Of a stretch of DNA of 64,000 bases, positions 53,972 to 62,358 are shown one piece after another. Positions within the stretch are counted from its first letter, which is position 1. Each line of letters opens with the position of its first letter. The notes under the pieces are model-generated. The model had not been told where the DNA came from. It saw nothing but the letters and a program-made list of their open reading frames with translations, and did no database searches. Position numbers and translations under genes: made by a program. Source of the stretch: Syntrophaceae bacterium UBA1411 (lineage in GTDB: Bacteria > Desulfobacterota > Syntrophia > Syntrophales > Smithellaceae); NCBI GenBank assembly GCA_002304995.1, contig DBPV01000004.1:1613-65612 (forward strand), written 5' to 3'.

Positions 53972-54778
53972 ATGAGGAACATGATGGGACGAATATCTGA
54001 AAAATTTATCGCGTTGCAGGCCCGCAACGAAAAGGCGCTGATCGTATACTTGACGGCGGGCGATCCGTCGCTGGCCAAAACCCGGGAGCTTATTTTGGAG
54101 CTGGAAAAAGCGGGAGCGGACATGATCGAAATCGGCGTGCCTTTTTCGGACCCGACGGCCGACGGTCCGGTCATCCAGGCCGCCGCACAGCGGGCGCTGA
54201 AAAACGGCACGACCCTCGCGGGCGTCCTGGCGATGATTGCCGAGTTGCGCAGAGTCTCCGCAATCCCCGTTTTGCTTTTCGGCTACTACAATCCGATCTT
54301 CGCCTGCGGACCGGAAAAATTCGCCGCGGCGGCGAGGGAGGCGGGCGCAGACGGCCTTCTGGTGGTCGATCTGCCGCCGGAAGAAGCGGCCGAGCTGCGC
54401 GTCCACACGGACGCGGCGGGGCTGGACTTCATCTCGCTCGTCGCACCGACAACGGGCAGGGACCGCCTGAAAACCATCCTCCGGACGGCTGCGGGATTTC
54501 TCTACTACATCTCCATCACGGGTGTGACCGGCACGGCCGCGCCGAAGATCGAAGATCTGGCCCGCGACGTTGCAAAGATCCGCAGGCTCACGAAAATGCC
54601 GATTGCCGTGGGATTCGGCATCACAAACGCCGCGCAGGCTGAAGCAATCGGCGCCGTCGCCGACGGCGTCGTCATCGGAAGCGCGGTGGTGAAGCTCATT
54701 GACGAACACCACAATCATCCGGACCTGCTTGCGGTTGTGTCCCGCTACATCGGAGGCATCAAGGCGGCGCTGCGTTAA
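53972..54778 (+). CDS. trpA: tryptophan synthase alpha chain
   Basis: 268 aa. ..YLTAGDPS...E.G.D.IEIGVPFSDP.ADGP.IQ.. motif. The start could also be ATG 53981 or 53984. Confidence 0.93.
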   Translation: MRNMMGRISEKFIALQARNEKALIVYLTAGDPSLAKTRELILELEKAGADMIEIGVPFSDPTADGPVIQAAAQRALKNGTTLAGVLAMIAELRRVSAIPVLLFGYYNPIFACGPEKFAAAAREAGADGLLVVDLPPEEAAELRVHTDAAGLDFISLVAPTTGRDRLKTILRTAAGFLYYISITGVTGTAAPKIEDLARDVAKIRRLTKMPIAVGFGITNAAQAEAIGAVADGVVIGSAVVKLIDEHHNHPDLLAVVSRYIGGIKAALR

Positions 54779-54796
54779 CGGCGGAGCGCGCCCGGC

Positions 54797-56275
54797 CTAT
54801 CGTTTCCTGATCCTTTTTGCGATCGGCAGCAGAATCAAAACTGCGCAGACGGCGAAGGCCGCAAGCGCGATCGGCCGCTCGGCGAAGATGCCGAAGCTTC
54901 CCTGGGACATCAAAAGCGACCGCCGGAGGTTCACTTCGAACATGGGCCCCAGCACGAATCCCAGAATGAGCGGCGCTGCCTCGTAGTCGAATTTTTTCAG
55001 AAAATAGCCGATGACGCCGAAAAGGACCATGACGCCGATGTCGAAGACGCTGTTGTTGATGCTGTAGGCTCCCACCAGACAAAACAGGATAATCAGCGGA
55101 TAGAGGATCCGGTCGGGAATCCGCAGCACCTGCACCCACAGCGGAATGAACGGCAGATTGAGAATCAGCAGCATGACGTTGCCCAGGTACATGCTTGCGA
55201 TCACGCCCCAGAAAATTTCCGGATGCTGCGTCATCAAGAGCGGCCCCGGCGTCACGCCGTGAATCAGAAACGCGCCGAACAAAACGGCCAGCACGACATT
55301 GGGCGGAATGCCCAGCGTGAGCAGCGGAATGAAGGAGGTCGAGGCGGCCGCATTGTTGGCGGCTTCCGGCGCGGCGACGCCTTCAATCGCGCCTTGGCCG
55401 AATTTTTCCGGATGCCGGGAAACCCTTTTTTCCACACCGTAGGCGATAAAGGTGGACAGAACCGGCCCGCCGCCGGGCAGGATGCCCATCAAGAAGCCGA
55501 TAACGGAGCCGCGGACAATCGCCCATTTCGCGGCAAGCCACTGGCGCCGGCCGGGAAACAGGCTGCGGATTTTCACGATGAGGATCTTGGCGGACGCGGT
55601 CTTTTCCAGATTGCCGAACACTTCGGCCAGGCCGAAAAGGCCGATAGCCAGCGGCACGACGTTCAGGCCTTCAAACAGATGAAGAGCGCCGAAGGTCAGG
55701 CGCTGTTCGGCGGTGATGGGATCGAGGCCGATGAGGCTCAGCAAAATGCCCGTCAGCGCCATCAGCACCGCCTTGATCATCGACCGCTGGGCCAGATACA
55801 CGATGAAGGTGAATCCCAGAAGGATGACGGCAAAGTACTCGGGGGGGCCGAATTTCAAAGCCAGCGCCGAAAGAGGCCCGGCGGCGATCTGCAGCCCCAC
55901 AAGCCCCAGCGTGCCGGCGATGAAGGAGCCGAAGACGGCAATGCCCAGCGCCTGACCCGCCTGACCTTTTTGGGCCATCCGGTAGCCGTCGAGGCAGGTG
56001 ACGACGGAGGCCGCCTCTCCCGGAACGTTGATCAGAATGGAAGTGGTCGATCCGCCGTACATGGCCCCGTTGTAAATGCCGGCCAGCATGATGACCGCGC
56101 CCACCGGCGGCAGTTGAAAGGTAAGCGGCAGCAAAATGGAAATGGCGCCCACCGGCCCCAGGCCCGGCAAAACGCCGACCAGCGTTCCCAAAAGACAGCC
56201 GCCCAGCAGAAGCAGCAGGTTGGAGGCGCCGCAGGCGACGGACAGGCCGTACAGTAATCCGTTTAAGGCATCCAA
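54797..56275 (-). CDS. tctA: tripartite tricarboxylate transporter, large permease TctA
   Basis: 492 aa polytopic. The N-terminus ..GTLVGVLPGLGP... and the repeated ..GGSTTSILINVPGE.. are TctA hallmarks. Confidence 0.9.
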   Translation of the reverse strand: MDALNGLLYGLSVACGASNLLLLLGGCLLGTLVGVLPGLGPVGAISILLPLTFQLPPVGAVIMLAGIYNGAMYGGSTTSILINVPGEAASVVTCLDGYRMAQKGQAGQALGIAVFGSFIAGTLGLVGLQIAAGPLSALALKFGPPEYFAVILLGFTFIVYLAQRSMIKAVLMALTGILLSLIGLDPITAEQRLTFGALHLFEGLNVVPLAIGLFGLAEVFGNLEKTASAKILIVKIRSLFPGRRQWLAAKWAIVRGSVIGFLMGILPGGGPVLSTFIAYGVEKRVSRHPEKFGQGAIEGVAAPEAANNAAASTSFIPLLTLGIPPNVVLAVLFGAFLIHGVTPGPLLMTQHPEIFWGVIASMYLGNVMLLILNLPFIPLWVQVLRIPDRILYPLIILFCLVGAYSINNSVFDIGVMVLFGVIGYFLKKFDYEAAPLILGFVLGPMFEVNLRRSLLMSQGSFGIFAERPIALAAFAVCAVLILLPIAKRIRKR

Positions 56276-56293
56276 AAGAAACGTTCCATTACA

Positions 56294-56749
56294 TTAAAAT
56301 CCCCAAATTCCGCGGGGCAGCGGCGTTTTGAGGAGCAAATAAAAAAGGCCGTAGGCGAGGCCTGACGAAAGGCAGGCGGCAAGCAGCGCCGCCTTCACGG
56401 TCAGGGCATTGAGCCGGAACAAAACGCTCATCAGCAAAAACGTAGCGATGAGAAAGCCCGCGTAAGGAAGCAAGGCGACATAAACGGCGAGCACCGCGAG
56501 TACGGCCGCATTTTTGCTCCAGCGGACGGGGCGCCACGCCTCGACCACGCCGACGGCGCCGGCGCCTTTGCGGCAGGCCGCAGACAGGCCGGCCAGGGCA
56601 AAGAAAATCATCAGGGCGCAGGTGACAAACGGCATGAACCATGCCCCGGGATTGCCGAGCGCACCGATGCCCTGCCAAACCGACAGCACAAGGACAATCG
56701 AGGCCAGTGCCAGAAAGAAGATGCTGCTTGCCCGATCGCGCCTATTCAT
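56294..56749 (-). CDS. tctB: tripartite tricarboxylate transporter, small permease TctB
   Basis: 151 aa with 4 TM helices, positioned between tctC and tctA. Confidence 0.75.
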   Translation of the reverse strand: MNRRDRASSIFFLALASIVLVLSVWQGIGALGNPGAWFMPFVTCALMIFFALAGLSAACRKGAGAVGVVEAWRPVRWSKNAAVLAVLAVYVALLPYAGFLIATFLLMSVLFRLNALTVKAALLAACLSSGLAYGLFYLLLKTPLPRGIWGF

Positions 56750-56756
56750 GCCGCCC

Positions 56757-57752
56757 CTATTCCGGTTTTGTCGCCGCTTCCCTAATCGCGCCCGAAGCCG
56801 TGAGGCTCTTGTTGATGACTTTCCAGTGGTGGCGCAAAAAGGCGTCGAACGCTTTGCCGTTGTAATAAACGGGAATCATATTGATCCGGTCGAGCGTTTC
56901 CAGATACTCTTTGTTTTTGGCCGCGGCGGCAAACGCCTCTTCCAGCCGCCCGGCGACGGACGGATCGATGTCCGCCGGCGCCACGACGGCAAAGACGGCA
57001 TCGTTGGCAAAGTCATAGCCCTGCTCTTTAAGCGTGGGAACGGACGGATATTTGGGCGACCGCTTCTCGCTCATGACGGAAAGCAGCCTGGCCTGGCCGG
57101 CCTTCACCGCGGGAACCAGTTCCGACGTCAGAGCCGCAAACTCAACATGGCCGCCCAGGAGTGCGGTGAGCGCTTCCATGCTGCCTTTGTACGGCACGTG
57201 GATCAGTTGCAGCCTGTCGCGCTGTGCAATGGCTTCGACCGCGGCGTGCGTCGTGCTGCCGACGCCGGTGGTGGCGTATTTGACCCGGCCGGGGTTTTTC
57301 GCCGCGTAGAGGGCCAGGTCGCCCAGCGTCTTCCAGGGCGCGTCGCTTTTAACGACAATGCCCAACTGCGGTTCGGTAAATCCGATCACGGCGCGAAAGC
57401 TGGTAAAGGGCTTGAAGGGCACCGGCTGCTGCTGGCTCACCCGGATCAGCACCGAGCTGGGCGTGCCGCAAAGCGTATAGCCGTCGTGCTTCTGGGAAAG
57501 CAGCGCGGCGAGCGCCACCGTTCCCGTCCCGCCGGGTTTGTTTTCAACCATGATCGGCTGCCCCAGGATCTTTTCCGCGGCTTTGGCCAGCGCCCGCGCG
57601 CTCAGGTCCATGCTGCCGCCGGGAACGAATCCGACCAGAAGCGTGAGGGGTCTTTCCGGATAAGCGGCCCCGGCGCCGGGACCTGCCTCTCCCCATCCGA
57701 TTGCCACAAACGCGGCCAGAGCCGCGATAAGCCAGCGATATCTTTTCATCAA
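56757..57752 (-). CDS. tctC: tripartite tricarboxylate transporter substrate-binding protein TctC (Bug family)
   Basis: 331 aa. Signal peptide. The sequences ..YPERPLTLLVGFVPGGSMDL.. and ..NKPGGTGTVA.. are Bug/TctC signatures. Confidence 0.9.
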   Translation of the reverse strand: MMKRYRWLIAALAAFVAIGWGEAGPGAGAAYPERPLTLLVGFVPGGSMDLSARALAKAAEKILGQPIMVENKPGGTGTVALAALLSQKHDGYTLCGTPSSVLIRVSQQQPVPFKPFTSFRAVIGFTEPQLGIVVKSDAPWKTLGDLALYAAKNPGRVKYATTGVGSTTHAAVEAIAQRDRLQLIHVPYKGSMEALTALLGGHVEFAALTSELVPAVKAGQARLLSVMSEKRSPKYPSVPTLKEQGYDFANDAVFAVVAPADIDPSVAGRLEEAFAAAAKNKEYLETLDRINMIPVYYNGKAFDAFLRHHWKVINKSLTASGAIREAATKPE

Positions 57753-57866
57753 CCGATCTCCTGCGGTGAGTTCTTTTGTGCGGGCGGAAGTATAGGAAGC
57801 TTCCGGATGCTTGTCAATCGTTTTATCCGTTGATTTTCAAGCCGTTTTGGCCCGCGGATTATTTGC

Positions 57867-57916
57867 TTGACAACCGGACCGCTTCCGCCCTATAACATTA
57901 AAGCTCAACTTTAATG
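57867..57916 (+). promoter_or_regulatory. promoter plus 8-5-8 dyad upstream of the MerR-family gene
   Basis: TTGACA (57867-57872), 18 nt, TATAAC (57891-57896). A perfect inverted repeat CATTAAAG-ctcaa-CTTTAATG (57896-57916) starts at the -10 edge, 15 nt before ATG 57931. Confidence 0.5.
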
Positions 57917-57930
57917 TTCGCCGGAGGGCC

Positions 57931-58653
57931 ATGAAACTCAAAATCGGGGAAATCGCAAAACGGAGCGGCGTCCGCCCATCCACGATTCGCTATTATGTGG
58001 CGGAGGGTCTGCTGCCCCGACCCGAAAAAACCAACGAAAAGATGGCCTATTACGACGAAGCCTGCATCGACCGCCTGCGCGCCATCCAGGAGCTCAAGGA
58101 AAAACGCTTTTTCCCGCTTTACCTCATTAAAAACATCCTGCGCCGCATGGATGAAGGCTTGAATCTGACCGAAGCGGAAACGATCGAAAACGAAGTCTTC
58201 GGCGCCCCCGGCCGGAGGGGCAACGGCCTGTTGAGCCAGACCGCATTTCTGGCCGCCACCGGCCTGTCGGACCGCGAACTGCGGGAAGCCGAGCGTCTGG
58301 GCATTCTGATGCCCTGCACCGAGCAGGGCGGCAAACCTCTCTACGATCAGGAAGACGTCCGCATCGGCCGGGACGGCATCAAAAAGCTTATCGCCCTGGG
58401 AATGAAACTGGAGGACCTGTCCTTCTGGACAGAGCTGGGGGGGAGGATCGTCGCCCGGGAAATGGCCCTGCGCCGCAAGATCGTCGCCGGAAAATCCACC
58501 CGGGACAATATCGCCGTCACCGCCGAACTCACGCGGGTCGGCAATTTCTACCGCGAGTATATTCTCAGGCGCCTTTTCCAGAAGCAGGTGGAGCAAAACA
58601 TCCAGATGAGTCTTAAAAAATCCGCCGCAACGGGCGGCAAAAAAGAAAAATAA
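57931..58653 (+). CDS. MerR-family transcriptional regulator with a second, degenerate MerR-like repeat
   Basis: 240 aa. The N-terminus KIGEIAKRSGVRPSTIRYYVAEGLL is a MerR HTH. Residues ~100-165 (..FLAATGLSDRELREAERLGIL....YDQEDV...) look like a second MerR-type module. Confidence 0.8.
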   Translation: MKLKIGEIAKRSGVRPSTIRYYVAEGLLPRPEKTNEKMAYYDEACIDRLRAIQELKEKRFFPLYLIKNILRRMDEGLNLTEAETIENEVFGAPGRRGNGLLSQTAFLAATGLSDRELREAERLGILMPCTEQGGKPLYDQEDVRIGRDGIKKLIALGMKLEDLSFWTELGGRIVAREMALRRKIVAGKSTRDNIAVTAELTRVGNFYREYILRRLFQKQVEQNIQMSLKKSAATGGKKEK

Positions 58654-58663
58654 GGAGGCTTCC

Positions 58664-59656
58664 ATGATCAAAACAGCAATAACGGAAATGTTCGGAGTTC
58701 AATATCCCATTATCTGCGGCGCCATGATGTGGCTTTGCAAACCGTCGCTGTGCGCGGCCGTGTCCAATGCCGGCGGCATCGGCAATCTGACGGCGGCGAA
58801 CTACGAAACGGAAGAGGACTTCCGCGCGGCCATCCGGGAGACGCGCCGTCTCACCGACAAGCCTTTCTTTGTCGGCATCACGCTGCTGCCGTCGATTCGG
58901 ATCACGGCCGAGCACCACCGGATGTACGTGAGGGTCTCTGCCGAAGAAAAGGTGGCCGGCATCGAATTTTCCGGCACGCCGCTCGACAAGGTGGCGGGCA
59001 TGGAAGCCGTCGATCTTCTGAAGAAGGCGGGGGTAAAGCTGTTTCACAAGGTGGGCGCGGTCCGCCACGCCCTGCACGCGGAAAAAATCGGCTTTGACGG
59101 CGTTTACGCGGCGGGCATCGAGGAAGGCGGCCATCCGCTCAACGACGATGTCACCACGATGATCCTCACGCCGCGCATGGTCGAATCGCTCACCATTCCC
59201 GTCGTCACGGTCGGCGGCATCGCCAACGGCCGGACGATGGCCGCGGCGCTGGCGCTGGGCGCCCAGGGCGTGATGATGGCCAGCCGCTTCATCGCCACCA
59301 AAGAATGCGATGTTCATGACAACATCAAGCAGGAGCTCATCCGCCGCCAGGAATTCGACACGGTCATTTACGGCAAGTCGATCGGTCTGCAGGGCCGCGG
59401 CCTCAAATCGCGGGTGATCGCGGAAGTCCTGGCGATCGAAGAGCGCAAGGGCGGCTTTGAAGAGCTGATACCCCTGCTCTCCGGCCAGAAAGTCAAAGAG
59501 GCCTGGGAAACGGGCGACGTCGATTACGCGCCCCTGATGGTCGGCCAGTCGATCGGCCTTATTTCCGACGTTCCCACCTGCGCGGAACTTCTCCGCCGGA
59601 TGGCGGCCGAAGCAAAAGAGATTTCGGCTCAGGCGGCAAAACTATGCGGAAACTGA
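58664..59656 (+). CDS. FMN-dependent NMO/FabK-family enoyl reductase-like protein (paralog 1)
   Basis: 330 aa TIM-barrel nitronate monooxygenase/enoyl-ACP reductase II family. ..YPIICGAMMW...LCAAVSNAGGIG.., ..GGIANGRTMAAALALGAQGVMM.SRF. Confidence 0.8.
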   Translation: MIKTAITEMFGVQYPIICGAMMWLCKPSLCAAVSNAGGIGNLTAANYETEEDFRAAIRETRRLTDKPFFVGITLLPSIRITAEHHRMYVRVSAEEKVAGIEFSGTPLDKVAGMEAVDLLKKAGVKLFHKVGAVRHALHAEKIGFDGVYAAGIEEGGHPLNDDVTTMILTPRMVESLTIPVVTVGGIANGRTMAAALALGAQGVMMASRFIATKECDVHDNIKQELIRRQEFDTVIYGKSIGLQGRGLKSRVIAEVLAIEERKGGFEELIPLLSGQKVKEAWETGDVDYAPLMVGQSIGLISDVPTCAELLRRMAAEAKEISAQAAKLCGN

Positions 59657-59690
59657 ATTGATCAATTCTTTACCATAAGAAGGAGTCCCC

Positions 59691-60728
59691 ATGAAAACAC
59701 GATTGACTGAAATGGTCGGCATCAAGGTTCCGATCCTGCTGTCCGGCATGAGCTGGATCAGCACACCGAAAATGGTCGCAGCCGTCTCCAACGCAGGCGG
59801 GCTGGGCATTCTGGCCACGGGCCCGCTCAACAGTTCCCAGACCCGGGAAGCCATCCGCGAAATCCGCAAACTCACCGACAAGCCGTTCGGCGCCAACGCG
59901 TCGCTGATGTTTCCCGGCGCGGCGGAAAACGCCAAGGTGCTCTTGAAGGAGCAGGTGCCGGTGATCAACTTCGCGCTGGGCAAGGGCGACTGGATCGTCC
60001 GCGAAGCGCATAAATACGGCGGCAAGGTGTTCGCCACGGTCGTGAATCTCAAGCACGCCAAACGCGCGCAGGATTTCGGCACGGACGCGGTCATCGCCAC
60101 CGGCCAGGAAGCGGCGGCGCACGGCGAGGACGTCACTTCGCTGGTGCTCATTCCGCATCTGGCGGAAAACCTGCAGATTCCCGTCATCGGCGCGGGCGGC
60201 TTCGCCGACGGCCGGGGACTGGCGGCGGCGCTGGCGCTGGGCGCGGACGGCGTCGCGATGGGCACGCGGCTGATGACGACCAAAGAAAGCCCGCTGCATG
60301 AAAACTATAAAAAACTGGCGCAGGAAAAGGACGTGTACGATACGCTGTTTTCCAAGCGTTTCGACGGCATTCTGTGCCGGGTCATGAAAACGGATGCGGC
60401 GAAAAAGGCCGTCAAGAAAGGATTGAGCTGGCCCGCGGCCTTTTTCAATTCCCAGGATATCGCCCGGCAGATGGGCGTGCCGTATTTCAAACTTTTCATC
60501 GGCGTGCTGCTGTCCGGCTATGGAAACGCCAGGCAGCTGGCCTACATGGCCAACGCCTTCAAAGCCATCCGCGTCGCCACCGAAAACGGCGATTCCCAAA
60601 CCGGCGTTTTGCCGGTGGGCCAGGTGCAGGGTTTGATCCACGATCAACCGACGGTTGCCGAGCTCTTCGAGCGCATTGTGAAAGAGGCAAAAGCCGCGCA
60701 GGCGAAAGTCGACGGGGCGCTGGCGTAA
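59691..60728 (+). CDS. FMN-dependent NMO/FabK-family enoyl reductase-like protein (paralog 2)
   Basis: 345 aa. ..PILLSGMSWISTPKMVAAVSNAGGLG.., ..GEDVTSLVLIP.., ..GGFADGRGLAAALALGADGVAMGTR. Confidence 0.8.
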   Translation: MKTRLTEMVGIKVPILLSGMSWISTPKMVAAVSNAGGLGILATGPLNSSQTREAIREIRKLTDKPFGANASLMFPGAAENAKVLLKEQVPVINFALGKGDWIVREAHKYGGKVFATVVNLKHAKRAQDFGTDAVIATGQEAAAHGEDVTSLVLIPHLAENLQIPVIGAGGFADGRGLAAALALGADGVAMGTRLMTTKESPLHENYKKLAQEKDVYDTLFSKRFDGILCRVMKTDAAKKAVKKGLSWPAAFFNSQDIARQMGVPYFKLFIGVLLSGYGNARQLAYMANAFKAIRVATENGDSQTGVLPVGQVQGLIHDQPTVAELFERIVKEAKAAQAKVDGALA

Positions 60729-60801
60729 TCCGGCATTGCCCAAACGCGCCAAAAGGGTTATGATACGTATGATTATCAACCCTTGAAAGGAGTAATGTCA
60801 T

Positions 60802-61260
60802 ATGTCTCTGTCAGCAGCATTGAAGGACATGGAACCGTATATCGGAAAGGAAGTTTTCGTTTCCGATTGGACACAGGTGACGCAGGATCAGATCAACAAA
60901 TTCGCGGACAGCACCATGGATCACCAGTGGATTCACGTGGACAAGGAACAGGCTGCGAAGGGTCCTTTCGGCACCACGATCGCACATGGCTTTCTGACGC
61001 TTTCACACCTGCCTTTTTTCAGCTACCAGGTTCCCTTGAAAGCGGAAGGGGCGAAGATGTCGATCAACTACGGCCTGGACAAGGTCCGTTTTCTCAATCC
61101 CGTCCCCTCGGGATCGAAAATCCGCGACCGCATTGTTCTGAAAGCCCTGGAGCAAAAGCCGGGAAACCGACTGCTCGTCACGCAGACGCATACCATTGAA
61201 ATTGAAGGTCAGGACAAACCGGCCTGCATCGCCGATGCGCTGGGAATGATCTTCTTCTAG
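60802..61260 (+). CDS. MaoC-like (R)-specific enoyl-CoA hydratase/dehydratase (hot-dog fold)
   Basis: 152 aa. The ..F...S.D.QWIHVD...A...PFG.TIAHG.L.. motif is typical of the MaoC dehydratase family. Confidence 0.85.
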   Translation: MSLSAALKDMEPYIGKEVFVSDWTQVTQDQINKFADSTMDHQWIHVDKEQAAKGPFGTTIAHGFLTLSHLPFFSYQVPLKAEGAKMSINYGLDKVRFLNPVPSGSKIRDRIVLKALEQKPGNRLLVTQTHTIEIEGQDKPACIADALGMIFF

Positions 61261-61296
61261 GACAAGACCGGCAGGCGTATTCAGCGGCAAAGACGC

Positions 61297-61336
61297 AAAA
61301 AAGCGGCGAACTGCAAAAACAGTTCGCCGCTTTTTA
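61297..61336. terminator. bidirectional Rho-independent terminator between convergent genes
   Basis: A6-GCGGCGAACTG-caaaaa-CAGTTCGCCGC-T5. Perfect 11-bp stem flanked by A- and T-tracts. Confidence 0.85.
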
Positions 61337-61352
61337 AATTCGGAAAACCGGA

Positions 61353-62324
61353 TCAGGCAGCGGCGCGGAAAGTCACGATCGGCCCTGCTGCGTCGCGCGT
61401 CACCCGCCCTTCGCCTTCCAGAAAGCGCAGATGCGCGATCGCTTCTCCGGTGGCAAACCATTTCTGGGCGATGGGAAATTCCTCCCAGGTGTCGCAGTCG
61501 ATGTCCCAGGTCATGCCCGCGGCGATCCGGTAGGCGTTCATCGTTTCGCCGCCCAGCACGTCCATCACTTCCTCGGCGCGCTCACGGTGATGCTTTTTCA
61601 GCTCGTCGATGCGGGTTTTCAAATCCCCCACGAAATTGCGGTGGCCGGGCAAAACCCAATCGACGCGGAGCGAATAAACCTTGTCGAGGCTTGCCAGATA
61701 GTCGGCCAGCGAGTTCGTGGCGTAAGCCCAGGATTCAATGTGCGGCGTAATGTCGAACAAAATGTGGTCGCCGGAAAAAAAGATCTTCCGGTCCTCCTCA
61801 TACAGGCAGATGTGTCCCTGCGTGTGGCCCGGCGTCGCAATGCATTTGAGGCGGTAGTCGCCGCACGCGATGACGTCTCCGTCGTCGATGAGGGTAAAGA
61901 CCGGTTTTTTTTCCGGGCTGTACTTGAAGCCGGGATGGCTGTTCAGCGCTTTTTCCAGTTCGTCGGCCGGAAATCCGTTGATGGCGGCAAAATCGACGAG
62001 GGGTTGCCAGCTGTTGTCGGGATCGAAAACGCGCGCGTCGATCCGGCTGAAGAAAATCCGGCTTTCCTCCGCGGCCAGGCGTGTCACAAGCCCCGTGTGG
62101 TCGGCGTGCATGTGGGTCAGCATGAAGTCGGTCCGGGCCGGATCGATCTCCAGGTCGGCCAGGCCCTGCTTCATCGCCTCGTGGCAAACCGTGCGGTTGA
62201 AGCCGGTATCGATGATCAGATTGCGGTCTTTCCCCTTGATCACATAGGAATTCAGATCTTTGAGGGGGCTGTTGGGCAACGGCACGACGATCCGGTACAA
62301 GCCCGGGAGAATTTCTTCCGCCAT
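61353..62324 (-). CDS. MBL-fold metallo-hydrolase
   Basis: Start moved to ATG 62324 (MAEEILPGLYRI...). The HMHADH (HxHxDH) motif and downstream H/D ligands (GHTQGH, ..SGDH..) are present. The C-terminal ~70 aa is an extra helical/winged-helix-like domain. Confidence 0.85.
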   Translation of the reverse strand: MAEEILPGLYRIVVPLPNSPLKDLNSYVIKGKDRNLIIDTGFNRTVCHEAMKQGLADLEIDPARTDFMLTHMHADHTGLVTRLAAEESRIFFSRIDARVFDPDNSWQPLVDFAAINGFPADELEKALNSHPGFKYSPEKKPVFTLIDDGDVIACGDYRLKCIATPGHTQGHICLYEEDRKIFFSGDHILFDITPHIESWAYATNSLADYLASLDKVYSLRVDWVLPGHRNFVGDLKTRIDELKKHHRERAEEVMDVLGGETMNAYRIAAGMTWDIDCDTWEEFPIAQKWFATGEAIAHLRFLEGEGRVTRDAAGPIVTFRAAA

Positions 62325-62358
62325 TTCAAATCCTTTCTTTCCGGCCGGCGCCGGTGAA

